Assembly: GCA_963825865.1 (NCBI GenBank)
Contig: CAWGVG010000012.1
Span: 1-64,000 of the forward strand
Origin: an uncultured Nitrososphaeraceae archaeon
GTDB taxonomy: Archaea > Thermoproteota > Nitrososphaeria > Nitrososphaerales > Nitrososphaeraceae
Reading direction: 5' to 3'
DNA length: 64,000 nt
Below, piece by piece: positions 47,101 to 58,219 of the stretch. The position numbers and the translations under genes were made by a program. Positions within the stretch are counted from its first letter, which is position 1; each line of letters starts with the position of its first letter. Under the pieces are notes generated by a model. The model searched no databases. It worked only from the letters and a program-made list of their open reading frames with translations, and was not told the DNA's origin.

Positions 47101-48129
47101 TGTTGTATCTACAAACATAGGTAACAATATAGCTTACAGACATAGGTAACACTTCTGCTAGGAAGTGGAAATCTCTATAGAAATTAGAACAAAATTCAAT
47201 CTCATTCATGAACATGAATGGACTGGTAATAGTATTAGCGATATTTGCAATAAATACGAAATATCTAGGAAGACATATTACAAGTGGAAAAATAGATACA
47301 TAGAGCACGGAATAGACGGGTTGAAAGACCTATCTAGAAGGCCTCATAGCATCAAAACCAAAGTATCTAAAGAAATAGAAGAAACAATACTTGATTTAAG
47401 ATTAAAGACCTTTGGTACTAGTAGAATCAGGTTCAGATTAAAAAGACTTGGAGTATCATTGAGCAGTAGAACCATATACAAGACATTGAAAAAACATACT
47501 CTCAACGTTCTAAACTGTAAGGTAAAGAATAATAGAAAGTATAAGCGATTTGCAATGAAACATCCAAATGACATGCTTCAAATGGATATACTTGGACCAT
47601 TTTACGTACGCTGTTCTAGCACAAGAAATTACATGATAAGCTGTATAGATGACTGTTCAAGAAAAGTTGCTAGCAAGTGGTCTGAAAGAAAGAGGAGCAT
47701 TGATGTTTTGAATGTACTAGAGGAGTGGATTATGGATAACGGAAAGCCCAGGAAAGTTATGCATGACAACGGTAAGCAGTTTACATCTAAACTATTCAAA
47801 CACTTTCTATATAAGAATAACATAAAGGATAAACCAATTCCAAATTCATATCCACAGTTACAAGGAAAGATAGAAGCATATAACAAGATTGTAAAGAATG
47901 AGTTCTTGACAGTTGAAGAAATAACAAGTATTGATGATGGAAAACTAAGGTATGATATGTTTGTCAAAGCATATAATGAAACTAGGGAACATGGTGGAAT
48001 AAATGGTCTTACTCCTTCTGAAAGGTTTGTACAAAGGTTAATTAAATCTAAGACATATACAAAAAGGAAGCAAGAAAGTGTAACCTATGTAGGTAATCAA
48101 AATTGTTACCCATCTGTGTAAGTACAACA
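47101..48129 (+). mobile_element. IS481-family insertion sequence, 1029 bp
   Basis: Ends TGTTGTA...TACAACA; 6-bp TSD GCTAAA (47095-47100, 48130-48135); subterminal repeats ACATAGGTAACA. Confidence 0.95.
47165..48121 (+). CDS. IS481-family transposase, intact
   Basis: HTH (ISRKTYYKWKNRY), QMDI, IDDCSR, HDNGKQF, GKIEAYNK, YNETREH. Confidence 0.95.
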   Translation: MEISIEIRTKFNLIHEHEWTGNSISDICNKYEISRKTYYKWKNRYIEHGIDGLKDLSRRPHSIKTKVSKEIEETILDLRLKTFGTSRIRFRLKRLGVSLSSRTIYKTLKKHTLNVLNCKVKNNRKYKRFAMKHPNDMLQMDILGPFYVRCSSTRNYMISCIDDCSRKVASKWSERKRSIDVLNVLEEWIMDNGKPRKVMHDNGKQFTSKLFKHFLYKNNIKDKPIPNSYPQLQGKIEAYNKIVKNEFLTVEEITSIDDGKLRYDMFVKAYNETREHGGINGLTPSERFVQRLIKSKTYTKRKQESVTYVGNQNCYPSV

Positions 48130-49811
48130 GCTAAATATGCTTCCAGGATAGGAGATCTCGACATTGCAGAAAGGTGTTATAAGAGAGCCATTGATGATGC
48201 AAAATATCTAGGGCGACTCCAAGATGAGATGGATTGTTTATTGGATATGACAGCAACTGTCTATTCCGTATGGGGTAGACATAAAGAAGCTCTGTCTAAC
48301 TATCAATCATTATTAGAATATTACGATAAGGTCAACGATACTGGAAAGCTAGCACGTGTCTTAAACGATAAATGTATGATACTTTACAGGAAAGGAGAGC
48401 ATGATAAAGCGATGGAGCTATACAACCAAAGCTTGGAGATAGCGTAAACAGAGAAGAGATCAGGAAATGATTGCAGGTATTTTGAACGATATAGTATGGT
48501 ACATGACAGGAAAGGAGAGCATGATAAAGTTATGGAGCTTATACAACCAAAGCTTGGAGATATCAGAGCAGTCTAGAGATCTGGATGTGATTGTATCTAC
48601 TTTGAATAACAAGGCTAATGTGCATTACAGGAAAGGAGAGTATGATAAAGCTATCGAGCTATACAACCAAAGCTTGGAGATATCGGAGAAGAGACTAGGA
48701 TATCAGTATATGGTTGAATCGACATTGAATAACATAGCTGCAATCCATTATATTAAAGGAGCGTATGATAAAAGCTATGGAGCTATACAACCAAAGCTTG
48801 GAGATAGCGAAACAGATAGGAGATCAGGAAGGGATAGCACATACTTTGAGCAATACATCTATGATACATGACAGGAAAGGAGAGTATGAGGAAGCCATTT
48901 CTGCAGTATTACAAGCTTATGAAATACTAGACAAACTAAAGTCTCCAGAACTCCAAAGACCAGTTGACATATTAGATGGCATAAAAGATAAGTTAGGAAG
49001 CGAAGCTTTGGAAAGACTTTTCGAGAAAGTACAAAGTCAAGATTTAAGTTGACGGCCTGATAATGCTGGAGGAGCCCCCACCTCACGCTCAATAGTTGCA
49101 CCCTGCCACGCTCAGTTTTTTGGAATGTTGCAAACTTATGCTAAGAGTTCCTACCAAATCAAAGCTTTATACTTTTTGTAGCAGACTTTACTGATGCTAC
49201 ATTCTCTCTGAAAGCCGACTTTTCTCGAGCTATATATCCTGGGAAAATAGGCTTTTCTAGAGCGAAACTCTCTGATGAAGCAGACTTTTAGTAGGAGGAA
49301 CAGTTGCGGTAACAACAACAGGCAGGCAGCAATACGACCAGCATATGCAATAACATTTGGAAGTACAAAAAATATAAGCAACAATGATGGAAATTCAAAT
49401 AATCCACAGATGGATTGCATGGAAGCAATGTGTATATTGTATGGCAAGACGACACGCCGGGAAACTTTGACATACTCTTCAAGAAGGTGTTGATTGAAAA
49501 CAACAGCAAGGAGAAGAGGATAATAATAAATAAATAAAAAAACTTCTCTTATTTTTTATAATCTTTTACAGGAGTATGACCTATTTTTCTTTTTGACAGT
49601 TAAGTATCTCCAGAGCAAAGGTATCAAGACAAAAGAAATACTGGTATTTTCATAAATCAAGTCTACTATATGCGAGGAGAAAATGCGGTTGATAGGGAGA
49701 GTGTGCGGTCACTGGTCATACTATATATAGATTGCAAAGCAGAACGATACTCTGTATAGAATCATTGTTTATGGCTGAGAACAGTTAATAAAATATAAGA
49801 TTGAGGGTATT

Positions 49812-49888
49812 GTTACTGTAGATAAGAAACATAGTAATGACATTCAAAGATCTGAAGAAGAAGAGGATAATAATTAGCAGCAATCAAC
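49812..49888 (+). repeat. about 75-bp direct repeat (second copy at 50933-51008)
   Basis: TGTTACTGTA.ATAAGAAACA.AGTAATGACATTCAAAGATCTGAAGAAG..GATAATAA.TAG.AGCAATCAAC. Confidence 0.9.
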
Positions 49889-49924
49889 GGTTATAAGTGA
49901 TTACAACTTTTTCGTATATATGTT

Positions 49925-50875
49925 ATGAAAGCCGGAATGCTCTTGCCGCAAATTGGAGACTGTTATAAGAGAAAACGTTCTGTATATAGCAAAGGAGACT
50001 GAAAAGGAAGGCCTTGATTCTGTTTGGGTATTAGAACGCCTTTTGTGGCCACTCAAGCCCCAGACATCTTATTATTTTACACCTTATGGTTCTCTTCCAG
50101 TTGAATACCAAAATGTACTTGACCCGCTGGAGACGCTTACCTACTTGGCAGGTAATACAGAGCAAATTTCTTTAGGAACTTGTGTAATTGATATTTTGTT
50201 TCATAATCCTGTAGTATTAGCAAGGCGGTTTGCAACACTCGATATCCTATCACATGGGCGGGCTATTGCAGGTCTAGGAATTGGATGGTCAAAAGATGAG
50301 TATGGTGTTTTCGGTGTATCTTACCAACACAGAGGGGAAAGGGCAAACGAATTTTTACAATTGCTAAAGCGAATTTGGACTGATGATGTAGTAGAGTTTA
50401 AAGGTAAATTCTACTCCTACCAGCTTCAAAAATTGGGCCAAAGCCTGTGCAGAAACCTCATCCTCCAATACTGCTTGGTGGATGGTTACCTACAGGTTTA
50501 CGAATAGTAAACTATGCAGATGGACGGTTATACATTGCTGGATTTGAACCATTAGAACAGCTTGAACAGGCTATAAACGGCCTGAGAGAAGGCGCAAGAA
50601 AAGCCAACAGAGATCCTTCGAAGATTTGTGCATTTGCGTTGACATATCCAAATGTGCTAGACTCTTCTTCCTCTCCTTCTTCTGCAACTTCCTCCTCCTC
50701 AGATCAACAGAGATTGCCCATGACCGGTACCATTGACCAAATTGGAACTGACATTGATCAAATCAAAGCGATGGGCGTAGAGCATATAATATTTGGTCAT
50801 AAGTTTTCTCCAATAGGCAAGGATATGAAGAAGATGATCGAGATAACAAAACAGCTTGCTAGATTTGCTAGATAA
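49925..50875 (+). pseudogene. LLM-class (probably F420-dependent) oxidoreductase, frameshifted
   Basis: MKAGMLLPQIG, DPLETLTYLAGNT, LARRFATLDILSHGR, QKPHPPILLGG. Confidence 0.9.
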
Positions 50876-50958
50876 AAACACAGTTATGATTACGTGTCTT
50901 TGGAAAAGGAGAAAAGCATAAAGTTGATGATAGTGTTACTGTAAATAAGAAACAAAGT

Positions 50959-51482
50959 AATGACATTCAAAGATCTGAAGAAGAGGATAATAAATAGTAG
51001 CAATCAACAGCAACAACAAACACAATCTCTTGACAAATTACAGAATAAACCATTCTGGATTTGGGATCAGCAACAGCACAGATTAGAAGATATTAAAACC
51101 AATGGATACTGCTGCCTTTAATCACAAAATTGGCCTGCCAACAAAAGAAGGACTGGAAAAACCAATTTTCGACTACCAGGAATTATTGTACGAGGCTTTG
51201 CTCTCGCCAGACTTTTGCAATCCTCTGAATCATGATTTCAAGGATAAGCACCTTTGGATAAAGAAGGCAACTGGTTTAGGGGTTACCGAATTTTTCCTCA
51301 GGTTTATGGCATGGCTCTGTTTAAAAAATAACGATTATAGAAATTCACAAATGTGCATTGTAACTGGCCCTAACATAGACATTGCCATCAAGTTAATCAA
51401 GAGAATGAAAGGGTTGTTTGAGCGAAAGCTGGGGTTAACTTTTCCCAGCAAAGAAACAGTCCTAGAATTAAGCTCCCTCTAA
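50959..51482 (+). pseudogene. terminase large subunit-like ATPase, N-terminal fragment
   Basis: KPFWIWD...FNHKIGLP...FDYQ, Walker-A-like IKKATGLGVTE, CIVTGPNIDIA; truncated. Confidence 0.7.
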
Positions 51483-51859
51483 ATATGCCTTAACATCTAT
51501 ATCGATAACATTAAACGGTATCGTTACTATAAAATTTATTGACTATACTCTTCTCAGTCACATGGTCTAAAGCTAGAAGAAGATGCCATAAAGGTATGAC
51601 AGGAATATGGACTAGGATATTAAATGATGCTATTTCTAAGAGTTGCATTAGTAAGTTATAATAATTTACCGTTTACTCTACGCAAACTATATTCTAACAA
51701 TCACGAGGTACATTCACAATATATATAGATCCAGAGGAAGATTTGGATGAATGGGAATCAGAGGATGAAGAGGACGATAGCTATGACATAAGAGATAACC
51801 AAGAAGACGAAGATAGATGGTATTCTACTAAATTAAAATATCAGCATCACAAAGAATCA

Positions 51860-52870
51860 TCATCAGACAAATCATACAGGAAGGTACAAAAGGGGCAATA
51901 GTGTTAGATCCGGTAAGAGGTTTGCATCATGATGTTTACGTGTTTTATGTGATCAGCCTGTATCCAACTATAATAAAGTATACTCCTGCTGCAAAAATGA
52001 TTCACAGGCACAGAAACTGTTACTTCAGAGATTTTGAGGGATTGTGGTCATATTCCAGAAAAAGAGACTCCAGGAACTAACAGAGCAGCGGATAAAACAC
52101 AAGAATGCTGGTTTAGAACTTAAGTCAAGCAATCAAGGCTATTATAAATTCTGGTTACGGCGTTTTGGGTCATCCTTATTTCAAATACCACGATCCAAGA
52201 GTTGCTGAACTTGTAACCGCATCGACATACATTAAATAATATGCAGGCACTAACCAGTGAACTTAGTTTTGTCACTTTATGGTGATACTGATTCTTTATT
52301 TGTAAATGATGTAAAAAGTATTGATGAGAGCAAAAAGTTCATTGCGGAATGTAAGTCAAAGCTAGGAATCGATGTTATGCAAGATAAAGTGTTCACTAAG
52401 CTGATCCTTGTTGGCAAAAAGCACTACATTGGAATACCGTCTGACATAACCAAGAAGCTTATCATCAAGGGAATGGAGGGGATAAAATCAGATAGGCCTG
52501 AGTTTATTCATAGAACGTTCAGATAGATGGTAGAGGATATTAAAAATGGTGTCAGTCCAATCCCGAAGTTAAAGGAAGCTCTGTACCAGATAGAAAATAG
52601 ACGAGTTTCTGCAGATCTGCTGTCTATATCACTAGCCATGCGTAAAAATCCAGAAGAATACGAACAGAACTGCAAGCAAAACAGGTTGGGTTCTAAACTT
52701 GGACTACACAAAGGTGATACTCTTGTGTACTATAAGTGTGACAATGGCGAGATGGCTTATGACTCGGAGAATCCACCGGATATCAGCTATACAGCATACA
52801 AAAATATGCTCATAAATAGTGTTAAAGATGTTCTACAAATTTTGGGATACGATGTCGAGGAACGTTTGCT
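51860..52870 (+). pseudogene. polB: family B DNA polymerase catalytic domain, decayed
   Basis: GAIVLDP, SLYPTII (preceding Asp reads as Tyr), KAIINSGYGV, YGDTDSLFV, KKHYIG, IKGMEGIKSDRP; frameshifts and a TAG at 52524. Confidence 0.9.
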
Positions 52871-52999
52871 GCACACAGATGCCTCACAATTAATTGACAA
52901 TATTCGATTAAATCCGATCAGTATTCCTGATACCGCTACTGCTGCACCTGTATCTCAAATTGATAGTAGAGTTACCAACAAAAAGAAAGAGACAAGATC

Positions 53000-53490
53000 A
53001 TTAGTATCAGAAGGGATCGAAATTATTCTTTCACTTTTTGCAGCAGTAGAACAAAGATTGTTTCCAAGAACTATTATGACAAAATGTACTAACGGGCAAG
53101 TTAGAAGTACAGTAACAAAAATGAAATTATGTATTATTTTGAGACTTATCCTGCATTTCTGTCGAAGGCTGAAGAACAAAATTACAAAAATGGAATTAAC
53201 CTGAATTTGCTTGCACCTAGCATTCTTTTTATTGATTTGGATGCTAAGAAATTCACGTCTGATAGAGAATTTAGAGATACATTCAAACAAATTCTAAATA
53301 GAATTGCATATTTGTTACATGATTGCAAGCCTTTGGTGCTCTGGTCAGGTCATGGATACCATATAATAATTCCAGTTAGTTGCAAAGCATTAGAATGCTG
53401 TCAGGATTTAACTCAATACACATGTGAACCTTCAAAGAAGTTTTTTGCAGTTTGCAGAGCGCCTTTTATCGCTGAATAGATCTGATCCTG
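53000..53490 (+). pseudogene. archaeo-eukaryotic primase (AEP) domain fragment
   Basis: FPRTIMTK, LFIDLD (DxD), WSGHGYHII (motif II). Confidence 0.8.
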
Positions 53491-53683
53491 CTATATGATT
53501 TATTACTTGAATCCTCTAATAAGAGAACTCAAGCACAATAGAATAAATTGATGACAGAAAGGCAAATGATTGACTCTCATAGGTTTCAACACGTGCAAAA
53601 ACGAATTAGTGTCATTGTTGTTCTTAGAACGTTTTGTTAACAATTATGTTAATGCTGATTTGAAAGTTGATTTTATTATTTGC

Positions 53684-53805
53684 TCTCCACTATATAGGAA
53701 GTAGCTCCGCAGCCTCCGAACCTCCAGTAAGTAATGCAATAATGTGTTATTATATTGTAAATCCGGAGGCATAGACGTAGCGGAGGTAATTTCCTACTTT
53801 GGAGA
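53684..53805. repeat. imperfect 120-bp palindrome with AT-rich centre
   Basis: Arms TCTCCA/TGGAGA, TAGGAA/TTCCTA, CTCCGC/GCGGAG, GCCTCCG/CGGAGGC. Confidence 0.7.
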
Positions 53806-54233
53806 TATTGGATAGATTTAGTTCTTCTCAGGATTGCTATAGTGGGTGATTAATGGAGAAGCTTTCTTCCAGAGTAATATCAGATTACCTTGAAAAAATT
53901 TATTGAAATCAAGAAGGATATCTTAAAACCTTTGAATCTGGACTCGGTACAAATCTGCAATAAATTTATCAGTGTGAGGCCAAATATATACAACAACTGC
54001 AATTATCAAAATGAACAAAGGTATCCCCAATAGCAAATGACTATAAGAATATTCACTAACTTTTTTACTTAGCTGACTAACTGGTCTTATTAGCCATGAC
54101 AACCACAGTCACAATCTTTGATATTGCATTCTTGATGCTGATTTGACGTACAGGCTAGACTTCCCAAGAGCCAGTTACCATCTAAACTGTGAATAGCTTT
54201 TATTGTTAGTTTAATCTTAAAGTTATACATAGT

Positions 54234-55390
54234 ATGGTAGGGTTTCTGAGCAAAATCCTAGGGATATGCATTCCTTCAACAATACTGGTAATGACCATCG
54301 TGGCGTCTGTATTTATATCACCAGCGCACCATATTACAGCACAAACCTTAGAGAGCATACTACAAGAAAGAAACGCATTTAAAAACAATCCCCAAATCAA
54401 CCTTCGTGATCTGTTAGGCGGTGTAGCGGTTGATCCAGGTTCAAATAAAGTCTATGTGACCGACGACACACCTCTCATACTGTGTCTGTTATTGATAGTA
54501 ATTCAGGAAATATAACTAATGAGATACGTGTTGGAGAAACTCCCACAGCTGTCTACTTTTTGGTCCATTTTCACATAAAGTCTATGTGGCAAATTCTGAT
54601 GGTTATAGTGTCTCTATTATAGATTCTTTTAATGGTAAAAAAGTAAAGGACAATAACAAACACGTATTTGTACGTAGAATCGGGCACGAATTGTTTTGCT
54701 AAAGCCAACAAAGACTTTGAATTCAGTAGTTGGGTTCAGAACTTGCCTCATAACTCAACGATCACATTGAATACAACAGAAATTTCTGATTCTCCTTGGA
54801 ACTCTTTTCTAAGACTCATAGATAGGGAACCAAATGATCCATCAGTAACCTTTGATGTTAACGCATATGGCAGCTATACTGCTCATTTCAAACCTCTTCC
54901 CCCTGCCGTTCCAGCCGAATATTGGATTCCATTATACGGAGTTATTGTCAGTTCCATAGTTGGCTGGTCTATACCAAGCATCGTAGGATGGGTAAGAGCA
55001 AAGAGGCAAGGGGGAAAGGCATATCATTATTACAAGAGGATTAATTACTTGAACAGTAATAGTAGACTAGAGGAAAATGAAATTACAGATTTATACAAAT
55101 TAGAAAGAGACATAACATACGGATATACGAAAGGTAAGATAAATGAGCAGCATTATTCAAATTTGAAAAGCGAGATTTCAGTTCTTTATGAAGAGATTTA
55201 CAAGAAAAAAATTGATTCGTTAACAGGTAACGAGATACGTTTGAATAAGCTTAGAGAAGATGAAGATGCTTATGCAAAAGGAAAAATAAGTGAGCAGCAC
55301 TATAAGCTTCTAATCGGGAAGATTTCTGACAATAAAAGTAAACAAGGTTCTGCCGACAAGCTACCATCAGCCCAAGGGGCTAGTAAATGA
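54234..55390 (+). pseudogene. secreted YVTN/YncE beta-propeller membrane protein, internally deleted
   Basis: Signal peptide, GVAVDPGSNKVYVT, KVYVANSDGYSVSIID, TM helix, two YxKGKIxEQHY repeats. Confidence 0.75.
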
Positions 55391-55571
55391 GAAGAGGCTT
55401 TACGTAACTGGCTAGGACGTCTGATTAAACTAGCTATGGACAACCGCAATTCCTTGCTATTGCACAACTAAAAACCACACTCCAAGTCTTTTATGCCAAA
55501 ATCAGACATGTTCATCAATGGCGTGTCGTAGATGTTCTTTTCTTTCAACACAATGCTTTGTTGAAGTATCT

Positions 55572-55885
55572 CTAGCTTAATCTAGAAGCATCTCTTGATG
55601 TTTGTTCAAAGGATTCTGCGGCATTTACACCTATTCTAGACAATTCCTTTGCATTGTATTTTGCTTGCTGCATTGAAGTCTTGATTGCTTCCATATTTGC
55701 AAACATCATATTATTTGTTAATCTTGTTGCAGTAATTATATTGTCTGCAAAGCTACGGACCATATTAGCATACATTTCAGTTACTTTTCTTGGCGACATA
55801 CAACATGCATAAAGTATGTCAGATGTTTTCTGTACATGGGGAGCGCATGCTGCTCGAAGTGAATTGACAATCTCCTTCTGTGAAT
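55572..55885 (-). pseudogene. helical thaumarchaeal protein (phasin-like), 5' truncated
   Basis: SPRKVTEMYANMVRSFADN...NAKELSRIGVNAA; paralogue at 58511. Confidence 0.65.
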
Positions 55886-55888
55886 CTA

Positions 55889-56030
55889 GGCAGTCTAACG
55901 CGAGAGGACATCTGCTGAGATAGTGATGTATATGCTTTGTACTTATATTTCCTAGGTTTGAGTTTCAGGAATACAGATAGAGCTTTAGAACCATTTGCAG
56001 AAAGAAGTCACGTAGCAATATGGGAATGAT
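55889..56030 (+). mobile_element. IS6-family transposase 5' remnant
   Basis: RERTSAEIV..ALYLYFLGLSFRNTDRALEPFAERSHVAIWE. Confidence 0.7.
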
Positions 56031-56097
56031 TCTAAGCTAAATCGAAAACCGTGAAATCATATTTACAGTATATTAAAACTAATTACGCAACAACCCC
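56031..56097. mobile_element. solo terminal fragment of the 23690-24805 IS type
   Basis: Closely matches 24739-24805, ending AATTACGCAACAACCCC. Confidence 0.9.
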
Positions 56098-56099
56098 TG

Positions 56100-56297
56100 T
56101 TAAAAGTCATGAGCCTTTGCAGCAATTTCTGCAATATCCCATCTACCATCAAGAACCTGTTTGTACGCAGGAATATAGTTACGCACAAGAGCTAAAATAT
56201 GCGTTACCACTTGCTCGGCTACACTTACAACGTTGCTACCTGTCATCTCTGCCACAGTAATTCCTTTCACAGCTGGAGCAGCCAAATCTATCGACAC
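56100..56297 (-). pseudogene. fdh: NAD-dependent formate dehydrogenase internal fragment
   Basis: IDL...GITVAEMTGSNVVSVAEQVV..ILALVRNYIPAYKQV..G.WDIAEIAAKAHD, characteristic of NAD-FDH. Confidence 0.75.
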
Positions 56298-56326
56298 CAG
56301 CAGACCTTTATGATGGCTTTCTATCT

Positions 56327-56712
56327 ATGGAAGAGGGTAAAAGGATAAAACCCCCTGATTTTGAAACAGTTTCTCCTTTGGCTCTATGGGGTTTTCCAAG
56401 AGATGCACCTTATACATGGCCATCAGATGTAGGAATTGATATCTGCATGAAGATGTCAACTGTGATGTTGCCTTCTGCATACTCTAAAAACATTGCATTA
56501 TGGTCTTCTATAGGACATGAAACTGGAGGTCATGATATACTTCATGCATATAGCGGAATGTTAGATGAGATAGGTTCCAAAGTTGCCGCAAATTGGTAGA
56601 GGTTGAAAATGATCCAGCTTTAAAGGGTTATGCAGTTGTAAATGGTCGACAGCAGACCGTTGCAAGATTTGGAGCAAAGTATTGGAAAGAAAAGATAGAT
56701 GAAACAGCATGA
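56327..56712 (+). pseudogene. fragment of a putative zincin-like protein
   Basis: GHETGGHDILH motif. Confidence 0.45.
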
Positions 56713-56956
56713 ATCAGAAAAGCTGCTATGTTATTCAAAATCCTTGCTATTCCTTGCTGATCTCCTATCTTCCTTGCAATCTCCAAGGGGATGCAAATGA
56801 AAATTCAGCTAAATCCCAAGTCTAATTTGTTATAGTTTTGTAAGAATGAAAATAGGCCTAATTTGGCTTTTTCAATGCGCTTTTCATCTCCTTTTTGTTT
56901 ACATATCAGCACAGTGCTACATGGGTTATGAGCTAGCTGAGCCTGTCCTGAAGGAT

Positions 56957-57290
56957 TTAAGCACACAGATTTTTTACTTGGGATCCGCGCTTGTAATCAA
57001 GAAATTCTTCTATAATCTGATTGACCTCCTCTGATGCCTTCAATGAGAGTGGTGCATCAACAAATTCATCTGTTCCTTCTGCTAAAAATAGATCTTCTTC
57101 TCCCCATATTTGCAATGTAGGAGATTTTATTTTTGGGAATGGAATGGAAGAGACTGTGGAGACAAGTCTCTTCTTTAATTCTGAAATTATTTTTCTTTTC
57201 ATTAGAATAGATTGACCAATTTGTAGTTTTTATACTGGACGTCCACATGATTGATTGAACGTAGTACATAGTAGTACTATGTACCACATT
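56957..57290 (-). pseudogene. alpha/beta hydrolase C-terminal remnant
   Basis: FPKIKSPTLQIWGEEDLFL...EEVNQIIEEFL. Confidence 0.7.
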
Positions 57291-57350
57291 GTGTGTTGGC
57301 TGTGGACGTTGAGAATAATAAGACTCTATTAGAATATTATGGTATATCTT

Positions 57351-57548
57351 ATGTCTAGGTCAGTCAAAAAGGAACAACAGCAATTTCCTTATCATCAATG
57401 TACAAAATGTGGTATGATCTATAGATGCGAAAAGGACAGCTGTAAAATGCCATTTTTGTATGATATATGTCACATGTGTCAGAAAAGATTTTTTTATTTT
57501 AATCCTTGGTTTTATTTTAATTCTAGAATGTTAAAGTATAGAAAATAG
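57351..57548 (+). CDS. Cys-rich microprotein, paralogue of 18955-19140
   Basis: HQCTKCG..YRCEKDSCKMPFLYDICHMCQK; 3' end shifted relative to the paralogue. Confidence 0.7.
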   Translation: MSRSVKKEQQQFPYHQCTKCGMIYRCEKDSCKMPFLYDICHMCQKRFFYFNPWFYFNSRMLKYRK

Positions 57549-57613
57549 TGTGAGGATGAGGACAATTATTATTAACTAAGTGCATATCCATAACAACAAC
57601 AACAATTACAGAA

Positions 57614-58219
57614 ATGGCTGTGAAAAGAAGAAGTATACGAAGTACAACCCCACAAGCTAAAGAGAATTATTATTATTCTATCATTTCAGATAATGACAGT
57701 TTTTATCATTCCAATAATAACAACAACAATAATCATCATGATTATCATTCTGAATCTTCACCTTTACAAAATCAAGGATCAAATACTACTAATATAAAGA
57801 CACGAAATGAATCATTCTATAAAAGAATCCTTATTGTGGACGATGATACCGATATTACTTTTACTTACAAGTTAGGTTTAGAAAGATATTATGAAGGTTA
57901 TGATGATGATCACAATAGCAACAAAATAAGATTTGAAGTATTCACATACAATAATCCCTTAGCTGCATTATCAGAATTCAAATCAAACTTTTACGATCTA
58001 GTGCTAATTGATATCAACATGCCAGATATCAATGGCTTTCAATTATGTCTAAAGATATTAGAGTTAGACGCCAACGTTAGGGTTTGCTTTATAACTGCAG
58101 GAGAAGTAAATATTGATGCGCTAAGAGAAGTATATCCAAATATAAGCATGGGATGTTTTATCAAAAAACCAGTTTCAATAGGATATTTGATTAAAAGATT
58201 ATCCGCAGAATTAGACTAG
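57614..58219 (+). CDS. response regulator receiver with low-complexity N-terminus
   Basis: LIVDDDTD, LIDINMPDING, FITA, KKP. Confidence 0.93.
   Translation: MAVKRRSIRSTTPQAKENYYYSIISDNDSFYHSNNNNNNNHHDYHSESSPLQNQGSNTTNIKTRNESFYKRILIVDDDTDITFTYKLGLERYYEGYDDDHNSNKIRFEVFTYNNPLAALSEFKSNFYDLVLIDINMPDINGFQLCLKILELDANVRVCFITAGEVNIDALREVYPNISMGCFIKKPVSIGYLIKRLSAELD

Larger units (their letters stand above)
46543..49052 (+). pseudogene. TPR protein (C-terminal part of a probable STAND-type protein) interrupted by IS481 and frameshifted
   Basis: WFRHELV motif; reading across the TSD restores ARNKELAK-YASRIGD; repeats of KGEYDKA.ELYNQSLEI. Confidence 0.8.

Noticed and set aside
48385-48890. Repeated GGAAAGGAGAG...ATACAACCAAAGCTTGGAGATA at about 120-bp spacing
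   Set aside because: Coding repeats of the TPR pseudogene; no unique spacers and no cas genes
51860-52870. Casposon
   Set aside because: No Cas1-like casposase or long terminal inverted repeats were seen
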